Of a stretch of DNA of 64,000 nucleotides, positions 12,845 through 26,862 are shown one piece after another. Source of the DNA: a bacterium (lineage in GTDB: Bacteria; UBA8248); assembly GCA_965213685.1 (NCBI GenBank), contig CBDBZY010000064.1, forward strand, positions 1,536,001 to 1,600,000, in the 5' to 3' direction. The translations under genes and the position numbers were made by a program. The notes under the pieces were generated by a model that saw nothing but the letters and a program-made list of their open reading frames with translations, searched no databases and was not told the origin of the DNA. Within the stretch, counting starts at the first letter, position 1. Each line of letters begins with the position of its first letter.

Positions 12845-13906
12845 CTAATCTATAAGTCCTTTCTCTACTTCTTTGGCTAGTCTATGCAAACCAGTTTTCT
12901 GCAGACACGTCACTAGCCAATCCCAAGTAACATCCACTTTGTTTGTTCCTTCCAGCCATTTTCTCAGGATGGCCCGATTGATTTCTGCAGCCTCACGGTT
13001 ATAGGTTCTCTCCATTGCAGCCACTTGAGCACCTTTCTTGTCATTAAGAAGGAATATACCAAACTTGAAGTATGAATCCCCAATTTCAGTAGCGATATCC
13101 ATGGAGCCACTTGCGTTGGGGAAACTCATCAGTGTGGGGAGATCAGGTTCACTGGCTGCATGGAGAAGACACAGTTGTAGGGCAATGTAAACTCAACAGT
13201 TCAACGACTGGTCAATAGTTTAATGACTGGTACCTGACTGAATGCCATAAAACTTTAACCAACACCATAAACACTTACATCGAGATATCCTCTCAAACCC
13301 CTCAGTTGGGGGTGAATTGGGGTTAATGGCTTGGGCTGTGTCAGCTAGAGGAATATTGACACAGTCATGAGGTAATTGTGTCGCATCACTACAGTGGAAT
13401 GCAAAAGTACTGAAAGGTTTGAATCACATATTGGTTTACCCCTGAAGGAACTACTCCAAGAGCAAAATACTGACCTTGTGAGTTGGTAATATATTTGAGA
13501 AGACATCCTTTATATTGTGGCTTTTTCTTCACTGTATCAATCAATGTAAATTTTGTAATTTGTGGCATACCATATAAAACCTAAACTTACCTAAATCTCT
13601 AGTAAGCTTTTCCACCAATTCGTCTGCAGCTGTATCATTTGCTAGAATGAGAACAAACTCTTCAAACCATTCTTCTCGTTTGTGTGATGTATCAATCTTG
13701 GATTCAACACACCTCATCAAGCTATTAGCCTTGCTGGCTGAAGGTTGTCCTAAGACTCCAAGGATATCGTGTTTCTGGCGTGGTGTTATAAAGTTTTTCT
13801 CTGCAAGGCGATTACCAATCACTTGCAGGTTCAGCTCAACAGTGTCAGTGGCCTCTGTGAGGTGAATCCTCAGAGCATATTTTTCAGGTGGTTCTCCACC
13901 AGCCAT
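12845..13906 (-). CDS. Death-fold adaptor gene B: CARD-like (alpha) + linkers + Death domain (P type)
   Basis: Exons 13906-13591 (MAGGEPPEKYALRIHL...WFEEFVLIL...), 13531-13475, 13344-13279 and 13155-12845 (PDLPTLMSFP...YFKFGIFLLND...ILRKWLEG...VTWDWLVTCL). All introns are phase 1. Confidence 0.82.
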
Positions 13907-14875
13907 ACTGTGAACGGTATAGTGAGCCTATGGAACAACTGTGTGGTATTACCATACTGAAAACCAGGGTATTGATTATGGGCTTACTTCCTACACAGCT
14001 AAAAACAGATTCCAAATGTTATAGCGGCGTTAGGGTGGCTACTTGTCAAAGTGTGTGATCACCACCCTAATTAAACAGTAACACTGGCTGCCCCGCCCGT
14101 GACTTCATAATATCGGAGAGGGCCCGGTGTTAGGCATTCAGCTCAGCGCACGCCGAAGCCTGCACCTCCAAAGGGAAAACGCGCTACACTACACCGAGCA
14201 GTCAGATCCCATCACATTCAGTCAGTGACCGTAGGCTTTAATGCTTCTATACATGCAAGTTGACCACAAACCAAGATGTCCTGTACACTGCCCCGTAACG
14301 ACAGGCACAACCAAGAGGTTTCTTACCCGTCAAACGGTCTGTCTTCAAGCTAGGGTGCTGGGCCGGGGACTAGCTATCCACGTAGCTCACCACAGAGGAA
14401 GGTTCGTCATGGGGCTGGCCCTATGACGCAGCATGAACACATTCACGAACCCGATAGTTATTCACTACGCATCACAGGGAGGAAAGGTCACGGAAATTTA
14501 TGTCTTAGAATTTCCAGTGACAGAATCAATGGCCAATTATCCCCTCCCACAAGACTTCTTTCGGATTATGTACAGAGGTTACGTACAGGTACAAAAAAAT
14601 TAATGTATATATGGATATAGATGGTCTCACTACTGTGCTCTGCAGTGGTGTGTCCAGATCCCATAAAGTTATGTGACAATCATCTCAACCTTGCAGCCCA
14701 GAAACGTCGAGTTATTTGGACATAAATTTATATATATCGTACTCATTCTATTCTCTTGTATTTGCATGATTGCTCCCTTTATTGTTTGCTTATCCAACTT
14801 ATCCTTTACTTCTTATGTTGCACTGCATTCTTATCCACTTGTACATTGTCCAGATTCTGTTCTAGTAATGTGATA

Positions 14876-14915
14876 TAGTCTCGTGTAGCCAAGGGAGTCT
14901 GGCTACGTGAGACTA
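14876..14915. mobile_element. 40-bp Academ-like mini-element
   Basis: TAGTCTCGTGTAGCCA...TGGCTACGTGAGACTA is flanked by a near-perfect 9-bp duplication AATGTGATA / CATGTGATA. Confidence 0.55.
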
Positions 14916-15466
14916 CATGTGATACATGTACATTGTAACTTGGACTGCTGCTGTAAGGATGTTATCCAGCAGACTTTGACACCTTCATTCCAAGCTGCAT
15001 GGTGCACATGTGGTTACTTGCTGTTGACCATGATATCGTACAGTAATCATCACAGACCTGTGATGATGTACCTGCTTATAGCTGAGATGTATTCATAGCT
15101 GAGGTGATTACACAAACAACAGGAATTAGTGTGCAAGAGAAAGGTTAGAGTACTGTGAGATGTTGAATAGACTCAATGACCAAACACACATGAACCTCTC
15201 TCAATTGTATGTATAGGCAGACCATCATGAACATGTATATGTATTCCAGTGTAGAGGAGAAATACCTGAGATAACAACATTTTTATTGTTACTGTAAACG
15301 TCACACGTATATGACATACCACGTATCATTATTATCTCTATCTCTCTTCAACAGCACAACTCTGAATTTTCTCCACTACATTCATGCTAGGACTGTCGAT
15401 TACTCAGGACTGACACTTTAAAAGTATGCATGGTTTTGTACAGCAATAAAAATATGAAATTTGCTA

Positions 15467-18077
15467 CTACACAATGAGACCATTTTCAACTACTTGAGCT
15501 AGTGCATGCAAATTAGCCTGCTTTAGACTATTCAAAAGCCAGTCCCATGTCACTGCAACACCATTCACTCCCTGCAACCATTCTCTCAGGATTGCCCGAT
15601 TGATCTCTTCAACTTGATGTTGGCAACTACTCTTCAGGATACTCACTCTGTCACCTTTGCGATCATTCAGCAGAAACACACCAAATTTGAAATAGGATGC
15701 TCCAACTTTAACAGCAATGTCAATTGGCCCATCCTTGGTGGGGAAACTCATCAGCGTAGGAAGATCAGGGTCTCTGCCTGTAAAAAAGACTTCGAATCAC
15801 AGCTTTGATCATGTTTTGCATGTGGTGGTACCACCAGTACTCGGTACTAGCGATACTGTTCATCAGTAAGCACTTTAACTTACTTCGTGGAACTTTTTCA
15901 AAGGCAGAAGGTGATGTGGGGCTCTGGACTGGGGTTGAGCATGTCGTAGAACTGGCTGTAGGTGCACAAATCAACACAGTATGACAACAGACTCTATTGT
16001 GTACCTGGACTATGCACCCTCACCGCTGGAAGACACTGATGCGGATCTTCCATTTGTGGCTCCATCACTAGTCACTGCACCATTGGATGTAGGTCCTTTG
16101 GTCAAAAGTAAGGACTGATTTCACTGTTTCATGTGGATAAGCTACACAAACCTTGCTCTATGTTGATCTTGGTGGCTATTTTCTTGGCCAGTCCTTTGTG
16201 GTTCCCTCCAGCATCATGCCCCACAGCATCTACCAACACCTGCCAGGTCTGTGGGAGGAGGGATGTCTGCAGCCACGTTCGGAGCATGGCTGCCTCACGT
16301 ATTCCAGCATCTGTGTCTTTGCCATTCCGGATACTCTCTAGCTCACAAACAGGGACTCCCAGTACAACACCCATCTGATACCATCGAGAGGCAATCTTCT
16401 TGTTTAGGAGGTTCTGGATGTGTGCCACTGCACTGTCTGTGTTTTCAAACCCATCACCTACAAGTGTGCATTTAAAACAAAGGAATCCAGGAATACACAT
16501 GAAAAGTTGTTAGTTGTGTTTTTCTCATGACATGTGTATGAATACCCATTTTAAACCTCATCATTGTATGATATGGACTGTTGGGTGTGTGTATCCATAT
16601 TCACATACACTATAACCACTCACCAATGTTTTCAGTGCTGATGTTTGCGAAGATTGTATTTGGCTGAAAATGGCACAAATCTGCAGAGTAATGGGAGTGG
16701 TTACTTTAGTTACCTGTTTCCTCAATCCCAGGACAATTACATGCACTACTTCCCTGTTTTATAGCTACATGCACCCTCTATACATGTAGCTGCCCAACCA
16801 TTTGCCCGTGACAAATACATGCACGTGTATGAGCTCCATACCTCTGTAAGAATTAGCAATCTTTTGTGCCAGCACCTGGTGCCCTCCTCCAGCAGGTCTG
16901 TAGATGGCTGCTACTAGCGACGTCCACGAGGCATCTCCACTTGTCAGCCACTTATACAAGGCCAAAGCAAGACAGTCATCAGCTGATCTTCCATTCTGTT
17001 GAATCTGGCCTTGGCCAGTCACTCCTAGCTGCAAGGAGAATCCATGCCAACTGGCAGCCAGCTCATGCAGGGCACGGAACAGGTAGGGAAGGTGGTCCTC
17101 ATCTAGAGGATACATGAGGATTGTAGAAGTAAACTCTGCCTGCTCTTTGCCTCACCTCCACTGTGACCTACATATCTCTAAATTACCACTTGCTCTTTAC
17201 TAGATGAAAACGGTATTATATTGGAGGACACTGACAACAACAAATACAGGCAAACGTAACAGTAACTAATGACCAGATATTAAAAGCAGGCAGAGTCATT
17301 ATCTGTATAATATTCTTCAAATACTTAATTAACAAAAATATAGACACGAGTAGTGCTAAGTCTTTAAGCTACTAGAATGGCACATGGTATGCAGCAGATA
17401 GGTGATAGTTAGTGTGGCTATCCATGGAATCACAGCATTAACACATGAGGTAAGTGCAGGACAACTTTGTCATGGTTGCACACTGGTTCAATGGTCACCC
17501 CCTCCCCCCATACATTTCCCTGTGCATTAATTACTCTGGGTTGGTGGTGATGCTTGAGCAAGGAGGAAAGGTACCCTTTCTCCTCCCTGGTGATGCTATG
17601 CCAATGTGCTCTGGTCAGAGGAGTAAGAAGCCACACCTTCTATGCCCAAAGTGCAGTCACAGGAACAATCCATGGAATATGGAGCAAGATCCAGCTTAAG
17701 ATCCTACCCCTAGTCAATTGCTACCTCTGGTGTAGCTAGCTACGTAGGGATGATCCTAAACCTACTGAATAGAGGCATCAGAAAGTGACCATTGCCCTTT
17801 CCTTCTTCAAATTATTTCAGAGGACCAAGGGGACACAGCACCACATATATACTGTACACTGCCCATTATGAGGACTCTTACTGATTACATTGCCATGTGT
17901 GCACTGCTGGCCATAACTCACTGAGGTCATTATTCTTATCTTGCTGGATCCTATCCAGTAGCTTCAATAGCAGTTCCTCCTCTGTCGCTGTACAAGTACA
18001 ATGAATGGCTGTAAATGAGCTTGTAGTCACGTCTGCGTGTAACAAGCTAGAATCTAAACTGTGTTCAACTTACACAT
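15467..18077 (-). CDS. Death-fold gene A: short N-terminal helix + three Death domains (DD1-DD2-linkers-DD P type)
   Basis: Exons: ATG-T at 18077-18074, 17987-17922 (TEEELLLKLLDRIQQDKNNDL), 17102-16842 (DD1), 16457-16152 (DD2), 16074-16024, 15955-15884 and 15777-15467 (DD3). All introns are phase 1. Extra small exons between 17922 and 17102 are possible. Confidence 0.78.
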
Positions 18078-18329
18078 CGTTTCTTGTTAGCACCTTCTCA
18101 GTAGTAGAACGCGAGCAAGTCGTTTGGTGTCATGGCCGCTGCGCAGCACAAAGGTGCTTCCCCCGGGGAAGTCCGTGAGTGGGAGTGGCTATCTGCACAC
18201 TTTGCAAATACTGCCGTAATGAATTGGACTACCATTGCAGCAGCTACATGCACCTCTAAAGCGCCGCGTACATAGGCCCCAGAGGTAAAAAATAAGGGGG
18301 AAAATGAAGCCTGAAGCCTTTCAAGCAAC

Positions 18330-19974
18330 TAATGCCGAACGTGCAAGGCTGGCTAAGGCCAACACAGGAATGGCATCCATTCTGAACCTCTGAGGGCTGA
18401 TTACTCCCTTCGGGTCCACTCTAGATGAAATGTTAGCCAAGCATCCTCAGCATCCTCATCCGCAGCTCCCAATCCCTCTTCTCCATCACCGCCCTCCTTT
18501 TCTGTCACAGCCCAGTTCATGTCAAGAGCCCTACAGTCATTTCCTGGTGACTCAGCCCCTGGTCCCTCCTTACTACGAGCTAATATTGAAAGAAGCTATT
18601 CGCTGTCCAATGGCAGACTGTGGAAATCGTGCTTTGAGGGCTATTACATCCACAGTGAACCTTCTGGCTGCTGGGGGTGCTCCACTGGAGGTTGCATCCC
18701 TCCCCACTTCTAGTTCCTGGCTGGGAAAAAGAAAAGTGGTGCAGGCCTTAGACTCATTGCTGTTGGGGATGTGCTTCGACGGCTAACATCAAAATGTGTA
18801 TCTCAGGCAGCTACCTTGATGTTACAACATTTTAACACCACTGCAGGTTGGAGTTGGGGTTAAGGCGGGGTGTGAAGCTATCATTCACTCCGTGGCTCAC
18901 ATTCTGGAAAGTGGAGACCTCCGCCCACTCTCACGGTGGATCCTTTTGTTAGATTTTTCCAATGCCATTAATTAGGGTCAATGTGTTTCGTGAAATATGT
19001 GCCAAGTTGCCAGGTCTGTCAAGGTGGGTGGAATGCTGCTATAGCACAGAATCACACCTACTGTTTGGTGACCCCTTTGTACTTAGCTAAAAAACGTTTT
19101 TTGGTAACTCAGGTGAAGAAGGACTCCCAGTCACTGGGTCCAGGTTCAATGCCCAATAACCACGTGGCATTCACTGGAAGACATCAACATCCCTCTTCAC
19201 CAAAAATTGCTATCTCGACTAATTGATGAGGCCTTCTTCAACACCCTGGTGGATTCAGTGCCAGACGTCAGATCTTCATCCCTGCCTCATGCAGTGGATT
19301 GGCTGAATGTCATTCCCCCTCCAGCCCTGGACCTCATCCTCCTTGACCAAGGGTTTAGGCTTTGTCTAAACTACTGGCTGGGTCTCCGATTGGCTAAAGA
19401 TGTTACCTCTTGCCCTGCATGTGACAAATCCTTGGCTACCAACCCTTACAAAGACAATCAGGTGGGATGCAGAGGCAATGGTGACCAAAGTCATCGGTAT
19501 GACGTTCTCAGAGATGCCCACTTCACAGCTGCCCAGTCTGTGGCCTTAGTCCCAGGTAAGGAAGCACCCTCTCTGATCACTGACACCAGGTCCCACCCAG
19601 CAGACATCTTCCTCACTAACTGGTGCAGGGGACACCCTGCTGCTTTGGATGTGTTGGTGATTTCAACTATGCAGCCACGTACTCAGTCTGGTGCTGCTCC
19701 TGGAATTAGTTTTGCCCTAAATGTGGCTGAGGAAAGGAAGATGTTGGCCCACAGCACTGAATGCTCAGCTGCAGAAGTAACATTTGTGCCTCTTGTTGCT
19801 GAGTCTCTGGCGGATTGGAGCGAAGGATCTGTTTGTCAAATTGCTAGAATTGGTTGCCTAGTGGGCCAGACGCTTGGTATCCCTCCAGCAGAACCTGAGA
19901 AACATTCAGCATCTTTCAATCTGCCTTTGGAAATGCAACTCCAACCTGTGGGCTCACAGCTTATTAAAACATAA
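18330..19974 (+). mobile_element. Decayed non-LTR retrotransposon with a restriction-like endonuclease (CRE-like)
   Basis: Frameshifted RT-like segments (QVGVGVKAGCEAIIH, LLDFSNA), followed by ORF 19207-19974 with WLNVIP, CxxC, HPADIFL..W...ALDV, AEERK and FVPLVAES motifs typical of RLE elements. Confidence 0.75.
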
Positions 19975-20469
19975 TACATACAGCTCTCTTCAGGTGTAGT
20001 TCAGTAAACTAGTCATAAAATATAATATCGATCAGTGTTTAGTAAATGTAGATCGATATTAAATATGATTCAGTGCAGTCAAAGTCAATATCGATCATGA
20101 ATGTTGATTGATGTTTGATGGATGAGATCTCTTTCCTCACGTACTGTATGGACGATCGAAACATCGGCCTTTCATTTATTTTATTTTTGATAATGGAGTA
20201 CATATGCAGGTAGCATGAAAGCTAGTAGTGCATTCCAACATATACAGAGCAGCTAGAACATATCAGTCTGAAGCAAAAAAGAAGGTTTATACAAGGGCAA
20301 GGGCATCTCTTCCCTGTTAGACAGGGTTACTCTAAACTCACTACTAAGGAGTGGGCTGGGGTAATGAATATGGGACGCCCTTTTTCTCAAAAACTCAATT
20401 ACTATTACAGTACTTTCCTCCTGGAATTTTTATGTACAGGAACTCTTCTTATCATACAAGAACAATTAC

Positions 20470-20640
20470 ATGACTACATATGACAAAGCATGCTTAAAGG
20501 AGGTGAGACTAGGGGAGCCAGTCACAGACGGTGGGAGGTAACTGCATGTGGAGCAAAGGAACACATAAAGTATGCTGTATTTGAGCTGTATGGCAGTAAT
20601 TGGAGGGGATTGTTCCCAATAACCTAATAGCATAGCCCAC
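20470..20640 (-). mobile_element. Short 3' fragment of a CR1/L2-like LINE ORF2
   Basis: The peptide YLPPSVTGSPSLTSFKHAL resembles the conserved LINE ORF2 C-terminus (WNxLP...SLxxFK). Confidence 0.4.
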
Positions 20641-20858
20641 AAAATCATAATTATCAGGTATTAAAAAAGATGTAGGGATGGAGTTACTTGTATAGCCTTT
20701 GTATAACCTGTCTTGCCTGCACACTGGCATCCCTACACCAAGTTTCTGTGGTTTTTGGCACAGCCATCCCTACATCTTTCACATTTAATGCTTGTAAATA
20801 TTGCCCAGAGTCTCACGTGATAGCTTTTAAATTGCATATACAATTAACAAGATCTAAC

Positions 20859-23800
20859 ATGTCGTCCAAAGAGCCTGAGCCTAGGAGTAATCATGCTGCC
20901 GTTGGTATTGGGAATATGCTATACGTCTGGGGAGGGTGTACCAACTCGGGTCCTCTCGAGGCTACTACAATCGAGCGTTTTGACATAACTTCCCAGAGGT
21001 GGCAAGAGTCACAACAGCTCCCGAAAGGCTCCCTCCCTCATGGTCTTTATGCCACGGCTGTAACTACCGACGGCCAGAGTGCCTACTCTTTCGGGGGCCT
21101 GGTTGACTCTTCAAGGCGCTGCAATAGGTTCTACAAGTACGACTTGGCCTCTCTGCAATGTTCGGAGGTGATTCCGCAGGGCCGCAGTGTTGCAAAGAAC
21201 ATAGCTTGCAGCGGTATCGTGCACTTTGGCCGAAAACTTGTGACCTACGGAGGATATCCTGATCAGCAGTCATTTGATCGTTACTCTGGCCCGAGTGCTG
21301 CGCTGTGTGTGTTGGATCTCACAACAGGTCAGTTCAGTGGCAACCGTCTACATTGTTACCGCGGCGTACATCACATTCACAGCAACATACAGCATGTCTA
21401 GCTTGCTAGCTTGCAGGCGTTCCAGATGTGAGATCCGGCATCAATTCACTTTGTCTAGTACAGTTCACAGCCAGTGTTCATGCAAGCATCCAGCCACACC
21501 CACTTATTTGTATGGCATCAAGAGACTTTAAATGCTCTTGCAGGTACGTGCACAAACCAGCATGCTGTGGGGGACAGACCACCTCCTCTGTCTGCCCACA
21601 CATTTACCAAGATTGACCACCACAGAGCTGTGGTGTTCGGAGGATTTGACGGAAGCAGGTGGCTGAATGACACATATGTGCTGGACATGATGAAATGGGT
21701 ATGTAAATTAACTGGGCATTGGTCCTGTTACAAGGTATGAAATGAAAATTACGACTCAGTGTTCCAGTGTTGATGGAGACCTTTCTCATAGAGGTTTTAC
21801 TGGTGCAGTCAAGCAGACAGTGCAGCTTTTCAACATTGAACACTATATCCACTTGTGCATATTTTTACTAAAGTCTACTTTAGCTTGAAGGACACAGGCC
21901 TATTCTTTCTCCGATAGCTCCTGCTAGCCTAGTCCATTGGCCTATGTACATATAAGTATTTTGGGTTTTGAATGTTGTAATGGTAGTGAACAACCATCAT
22001 TATATACAGTCTGCATGTGATAGGATCATTCTTTGTGTTGCTGTTTATTTTTTGGTATGTATGTGCATCATCAATGTGTAAGGCATGCAGCATGTTAGAG
22101 GAACACACCAGTGAGGTGTGGGGATGTGTGATAGGTGCAATAAAATGTGAAGAATGCAATAAAAGGTGTGAAATCTTAAGGGACAGGTGAATCTCCTTTA
22201 TCCACAATAAGCCTTAGCAACTGGTGCCAGTAACTAAAACATACTACAAATACGTTTTGTCACACCCACTCACATCTCTTGTACATGTGATATGAACTAT
22301 TGTTGTTTGGAGTTTGCATCCATAGTAATCTTCACATTAAACAAATATAATGGCAATGCAGCACTGGACGAAACTGCACACTGGAGTCAGGCCACGTCAT
22401 TCAACATCCCATGCTGCTTGCTGTATAGCTGGTCCCCTCACAGGAGAAAAGCACCCACTGCTCATGGTGATTGGAGGGCAGCTTGATAATGGGGAAGCCT
22501 TGGATGATGTGTGGCTGCTGGATGTGGATGACGTGCTGTGGACCAAGGTGGGTACTAGCAGTCATGGATGGTTATTCCGTAGAAAGTTCCATGTCATCCA
22601 TGAATGTTCCTAGTTGGATGACACAATATGTAACGGGGGACATCCATGGATTTCCCATGGACACACACCTGGCACAGTAACTGGGATGTCCACGGACTGT
22701 CCATGGACACACACCTATACCCACACATGCATGTACCCTCGTGTCCTAGTATCCGTGGATGGCACAGTAACTGGGGATGTCCACGGACCGTCCATGGACA
22801 CACACCTATACCCACACATACATGTACCCTCGTGTCCTAGTATCCGTGGATGGCACAGTAACTGGGGATGTCCACGGACTGTCCATGGACACACACCTAT
22901 ACCCACACATATATGTACCCTCGTGTCCTAGTATCCGTGGATGGCACAGTAACTGGGGATGTCCACGGACCGTCCATGGACACACACCTATACCCACACA
23001 TATATGTACCCTCGTGTCCTAGTATCCGTGGATGGCACAGTAACTGGGGATGTCCACGGACTGTCCATGGACACACACCTATACCCACACATACATGTAC
23101 CCTCGTGTCCTAGTATCCGTGGATGGCACAGTAACTGGGGATGTCCACGGACTGTCCATGGACACACACTTATACCCACACATACATGTACCCTCGTGTC
23201 CTAGTATCCGTGGATCACAGTAACTGGGGATGTCCACGGACTGTCCATGGACACATGCCTATACCCAAATAATAAAGTAACTGGGGAAATTATTAGTGAG
23301 TTCTTACTGAGATTTTTATCAACCAGGAATCAATTAAGACACTTGTAGAGACATGTATATACATGTACCTGTACATGGATGTGACTAACATAAATGTGTG
23401 TCAATATAAATGTACATGTACATGGATACAAAATTATATGACATGCTGCAGCTTTTTACGGTTATGTTCATCACAAAGATACAAAATGTAGAACAGAAAG
23501 TGGCATTTGTTCATGTGCTGTGTGATACGTGCGTAGCGTGAAAGCCATGAGAACATCTGTTCACATACTTCTGTGTCAACCTACGTGTAGATACAGAAAA
23601 GGTAAAAGACAGTTTTTGTGTATGTACAGTACATGTATACATAACCAGGTTATATCAAATCTTACATTGTTGAGAGCATCAAAAGTGTAGGGGTTGCAGT
23701 GGGTCTTGCACCAGGAATCAACATGACCCTTGAAGTGCATTTTGTCGATGACAATGTTCAAAGCAGAAATGAACTTCACTGTTTCAGTTTGCTGTGAACG

Positions 23801-26224
23801 TTCTGGATTCTTGGCATACCTCTTCAAATGGCATCCATCGTCATAGATCAGAAATTCTACATGTACAAATAATTAAATTATGAGTATATACATCTACTGA
23901 ACGTGAAAAAATCACTCGTATAAGCACATGCATAAGTACATGTACTGTACAGGTACAAAGCTACAGTAGTGTGTGCTTTGTGTATTCAATTAATACTTGC
24001 CCAGATTTTCTGCTGCTGGATGGTTTTCTTGAAGAAAAGTGTGGATACTGCCATAGACCTGAGACTTTGACTCAGCTCCATATAATTCTCCGACCATAGT
24101 TACTGTCCCACATGGCCATGCACCAACAACAATCCCTACAGAATCATATATATATATATATAAATGTATAGCAACTATGTATCTGATATGTAAAGCTATT
24201 AGCTCAGTACAAAATACCTGCAGTATGATGTTTGGTGCGTTGTTTGTCCTTCTCTGTGTTGCACTTGAGCATCGGCGTATCACTTGGCTTGGTGTCAAAA
24301 AATCTGGATTGGATTGAGCAGAACATGAGGCCTGAGGCTTGTGTGAACTGTGTATACCATTGGTACAACATCAGAAGCAAAAATGTGTGTACATTCCATG
24401 TCAGAATGAAAAGCAACTAATCCATTGCCAGTACAGATATCTAGCTCATGATGGTCATCCTTTACCCTTTGTTTGTTGATTCTACAGTTACTGTGCCATC
24501 CACAGATACTAGGACACGAGGGTACATATATGTGTGGGTATAGGTGTGTGTCCATGGACAGTCCGTGGACATCCCAGTTACTGTGCCATCCACAGATACT
24601 AGGACACGAGGGTACATGTACAATGTATGTGTGGGTACTCCACAGATGTCCATAGGAGGTAGGTGGGAGTAAAGGGTGTGTGTCCAGGGACTTCCCTGGT
24701 GATTTGCTGCCCATGTTGAGTAATTGTACATGTACATATATACATGTACTGTACATGTTGGACATCCATGGATGACATGGGAATTTCTACGGCATTGCTG
24801 TCCAACCCTCGGTACTAGTGTACTGCATCCTGTTGTGTACTCAGGTGTCTATAATGTGCTGTGGACCAAGGTGGGTAATGGGTATACTGTGCCCTGTTGT
24901 GTAATCAGGTGTTGTATGTGTTTGCAGTTATATGAACATTTCATTTCATGCCTCTGCAGCTCAAACTTTACATGCCCATCACATCACGATATGGCCATTC
25001 CGCTGTTGTGTTTGACTTAGGGCGACAATTAAGAGTGGTAGTCTTGTTTGGAGGGAGTGCAAAGGACTCTCGGTCCTATTCTCTGAAGCACATGTCAGAG
25101 ACTACATTGCTGTGGTTGGGTAAGTGAATGATCTTCAGCTTTAATTGTCTCCTTTATTGCACATGCACTGTCTGTTGTCTGAGTAGCTGTGCATGTGAAC
25201 AGACAGCGAGACAAACAGAACAAAACAATGCTAGTATCCCTGCTCCTCCTCTTGCTCTTCCTCCTCATCCTCATCCTCATCATCATCATCATCAGACTAA
25301 TAGTATAAGCACTGCCTTAGATTTCTGCCATCAACCATGCATCTAATGACCTGGGCAACACTACATGTAGTTGTGTCCAACAATACAGTAGATACCCTAC
25401 CTGTCACTCTCCTTGCATGTCAATGATGAGATGTGTTACTAGGCATATCCACTTATAATCCTTTCACACAAGAAGCTTCTGTAGGAATCACTATAATGCT
25501 CACAAGATCCTTCACACGAGGGCAAAGTGAATATCACTAGTACTCTAAACCCAGCCTGCTCTACCTCTATCAGATGACTAAAAATAGAATGGGCTATTGG
25601 CCACAACACTGTGCCACACCTAATGGTATATTCAACTTTTCTCTTTGAACACCACCTTCTCATCAATGTTATTATCTACACTCATTTGTCACAATACCCT
25701 GTAGCACTTTTGTGTGGGCAAAGGAAAGCCTTAAGGCAGGTACAGTGTAAGTTGTGTTCCTGATACTGCACAGAGTGGGGGTCAATTTATTGATGTACAT
25801 GTATCTCTGGTCACAATAGCTCCACCTAGGTTTCTGGGTGTATGGGTGATGGCAGTAATGTTAAGGCAGCATTTTGACAATCATGTCATATTACTTAGCA
25901 CTCCTACCCTCCCTCCTTCCATCAGAGCCCATCAAAGGTTCATGGGACGTGACTAAGGTGGTAAAACCTGATCAGCTAGGAAGACTTAATAGAAGACTGA
26001 GAGAAATGATGAAGAGAATGCAACTCTCTCCTCAGGGTGTTGAGAAAGGTGAGTACTGAGTCTGTATGTACTATTACAAAATAGCCACCACAAGTAGGCA
26101 GACTTATGTGGATATTACTAATTCAACACATTATGTGTATATTACTAATTCAGCACATGTAGAGGCTGGAGATGGGAGCCAGGTCCAGAGCACTGCTGAT
26201 AGTTCAGAGCACAAGGACAATTGA
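20859..26224 (+). CDS. Kelch-repeat (beta-propeller) protein, six exons
   Basis: Exons 20859-21327, 21544-21698, 22362-22547, 24960-25119, 25926-26048 and 26163-26224. Kelch motifs include PRSNHAAV..LYVWGG, AYSFGG, LVTYGG, AVVFGG, LMVIGG and VVLFGG. Splice phases are consistent through to TGA. Confidence 0.85.
22559..24810 (-). mobile_element. KDZ (Kyakuja/Dileera/Zisupton)-type DNA transposon, internally deleted, in Kelch intron 3
   Basis: 8-bp TSD GGTACTAG (22551-22558 and 24811-24818) and imperfect TIRs (CCGTAGAAA.T.CCATGTCATCCATG). Intron-split transposase pieces: GIVVGAWPCG..ELYGAESKSQV, YDDGCHL...IDKMHFKGH...CNP and VDTEVCEQMFSWL. Confidence 0.75.
22640..23265. repeat. 91-bp subterminal tandem repeat (~7 units) of the KDZ-type element; inverted copies at ~24485-24620
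   Basis: GGCACAGTAACTGGG recurs at 22671, 22761, 22852, 22943 and onward. Confidence 0.9.
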
Positions 26225-26862
26225 TTGGCTGGTGACCAATCAAACTGTACATTGCATGTACTTGTAGTTTTGTAATTATGTATAGGTAATGCGCTGTTAC
26301 TACTCGTTCAAGTGTCTTACTTTGTGGTTCACTTTTGTTTTGTAAGTTAAGTTTTAGTTCAAATTTGTAATTCTCTTCATGGAGTGTTCATTGCCACTAG
26401 GTATGCATAACACACAGTGTAGCACAGCGTAGTTTCCTATATACTCATGCACATTTTGTACTATTGTGCCTGAGACAGGAATAAGCTAGAAGAATGTCCA
26501 GCTATCACCATTTTTTGGTGACTCATTCTTCCTTGTATATCTGCAAGACATCCATGTAGTTTGTTCATCATGTGCCATATGTACATGTACATGTTGGATA
26601 ATGGCCTAACGTGGATAATACTGTACATGGTATACACACCCTGGACCTGTATGTCATTGAAGGAGTTACATGTACCTATCTTACAACCCGAATGGAAATG
26701 CATACATGTGATATGTACATTGTAATTTACACCCCCAAGCTTGTTCAGCCATGCATTATACAAAGATATCAAATCACAGCCATCTGAAACTACAATCAAG
26801 GAATTAACTTTTAGCAAAATATGAACAAAATATCCTAATCAGAGTTGTGTAGTACTGGTACT

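Noticed and set aside
22640-23265. Regular 91-bp repeats resembling a CRISPR array, with many overlapping short ORFs
   Set aside because: Units are near-identical along their whole length with no unique spacers and no cas genes. They are subterminal repeats of a transposon in a eukaryotic intron.
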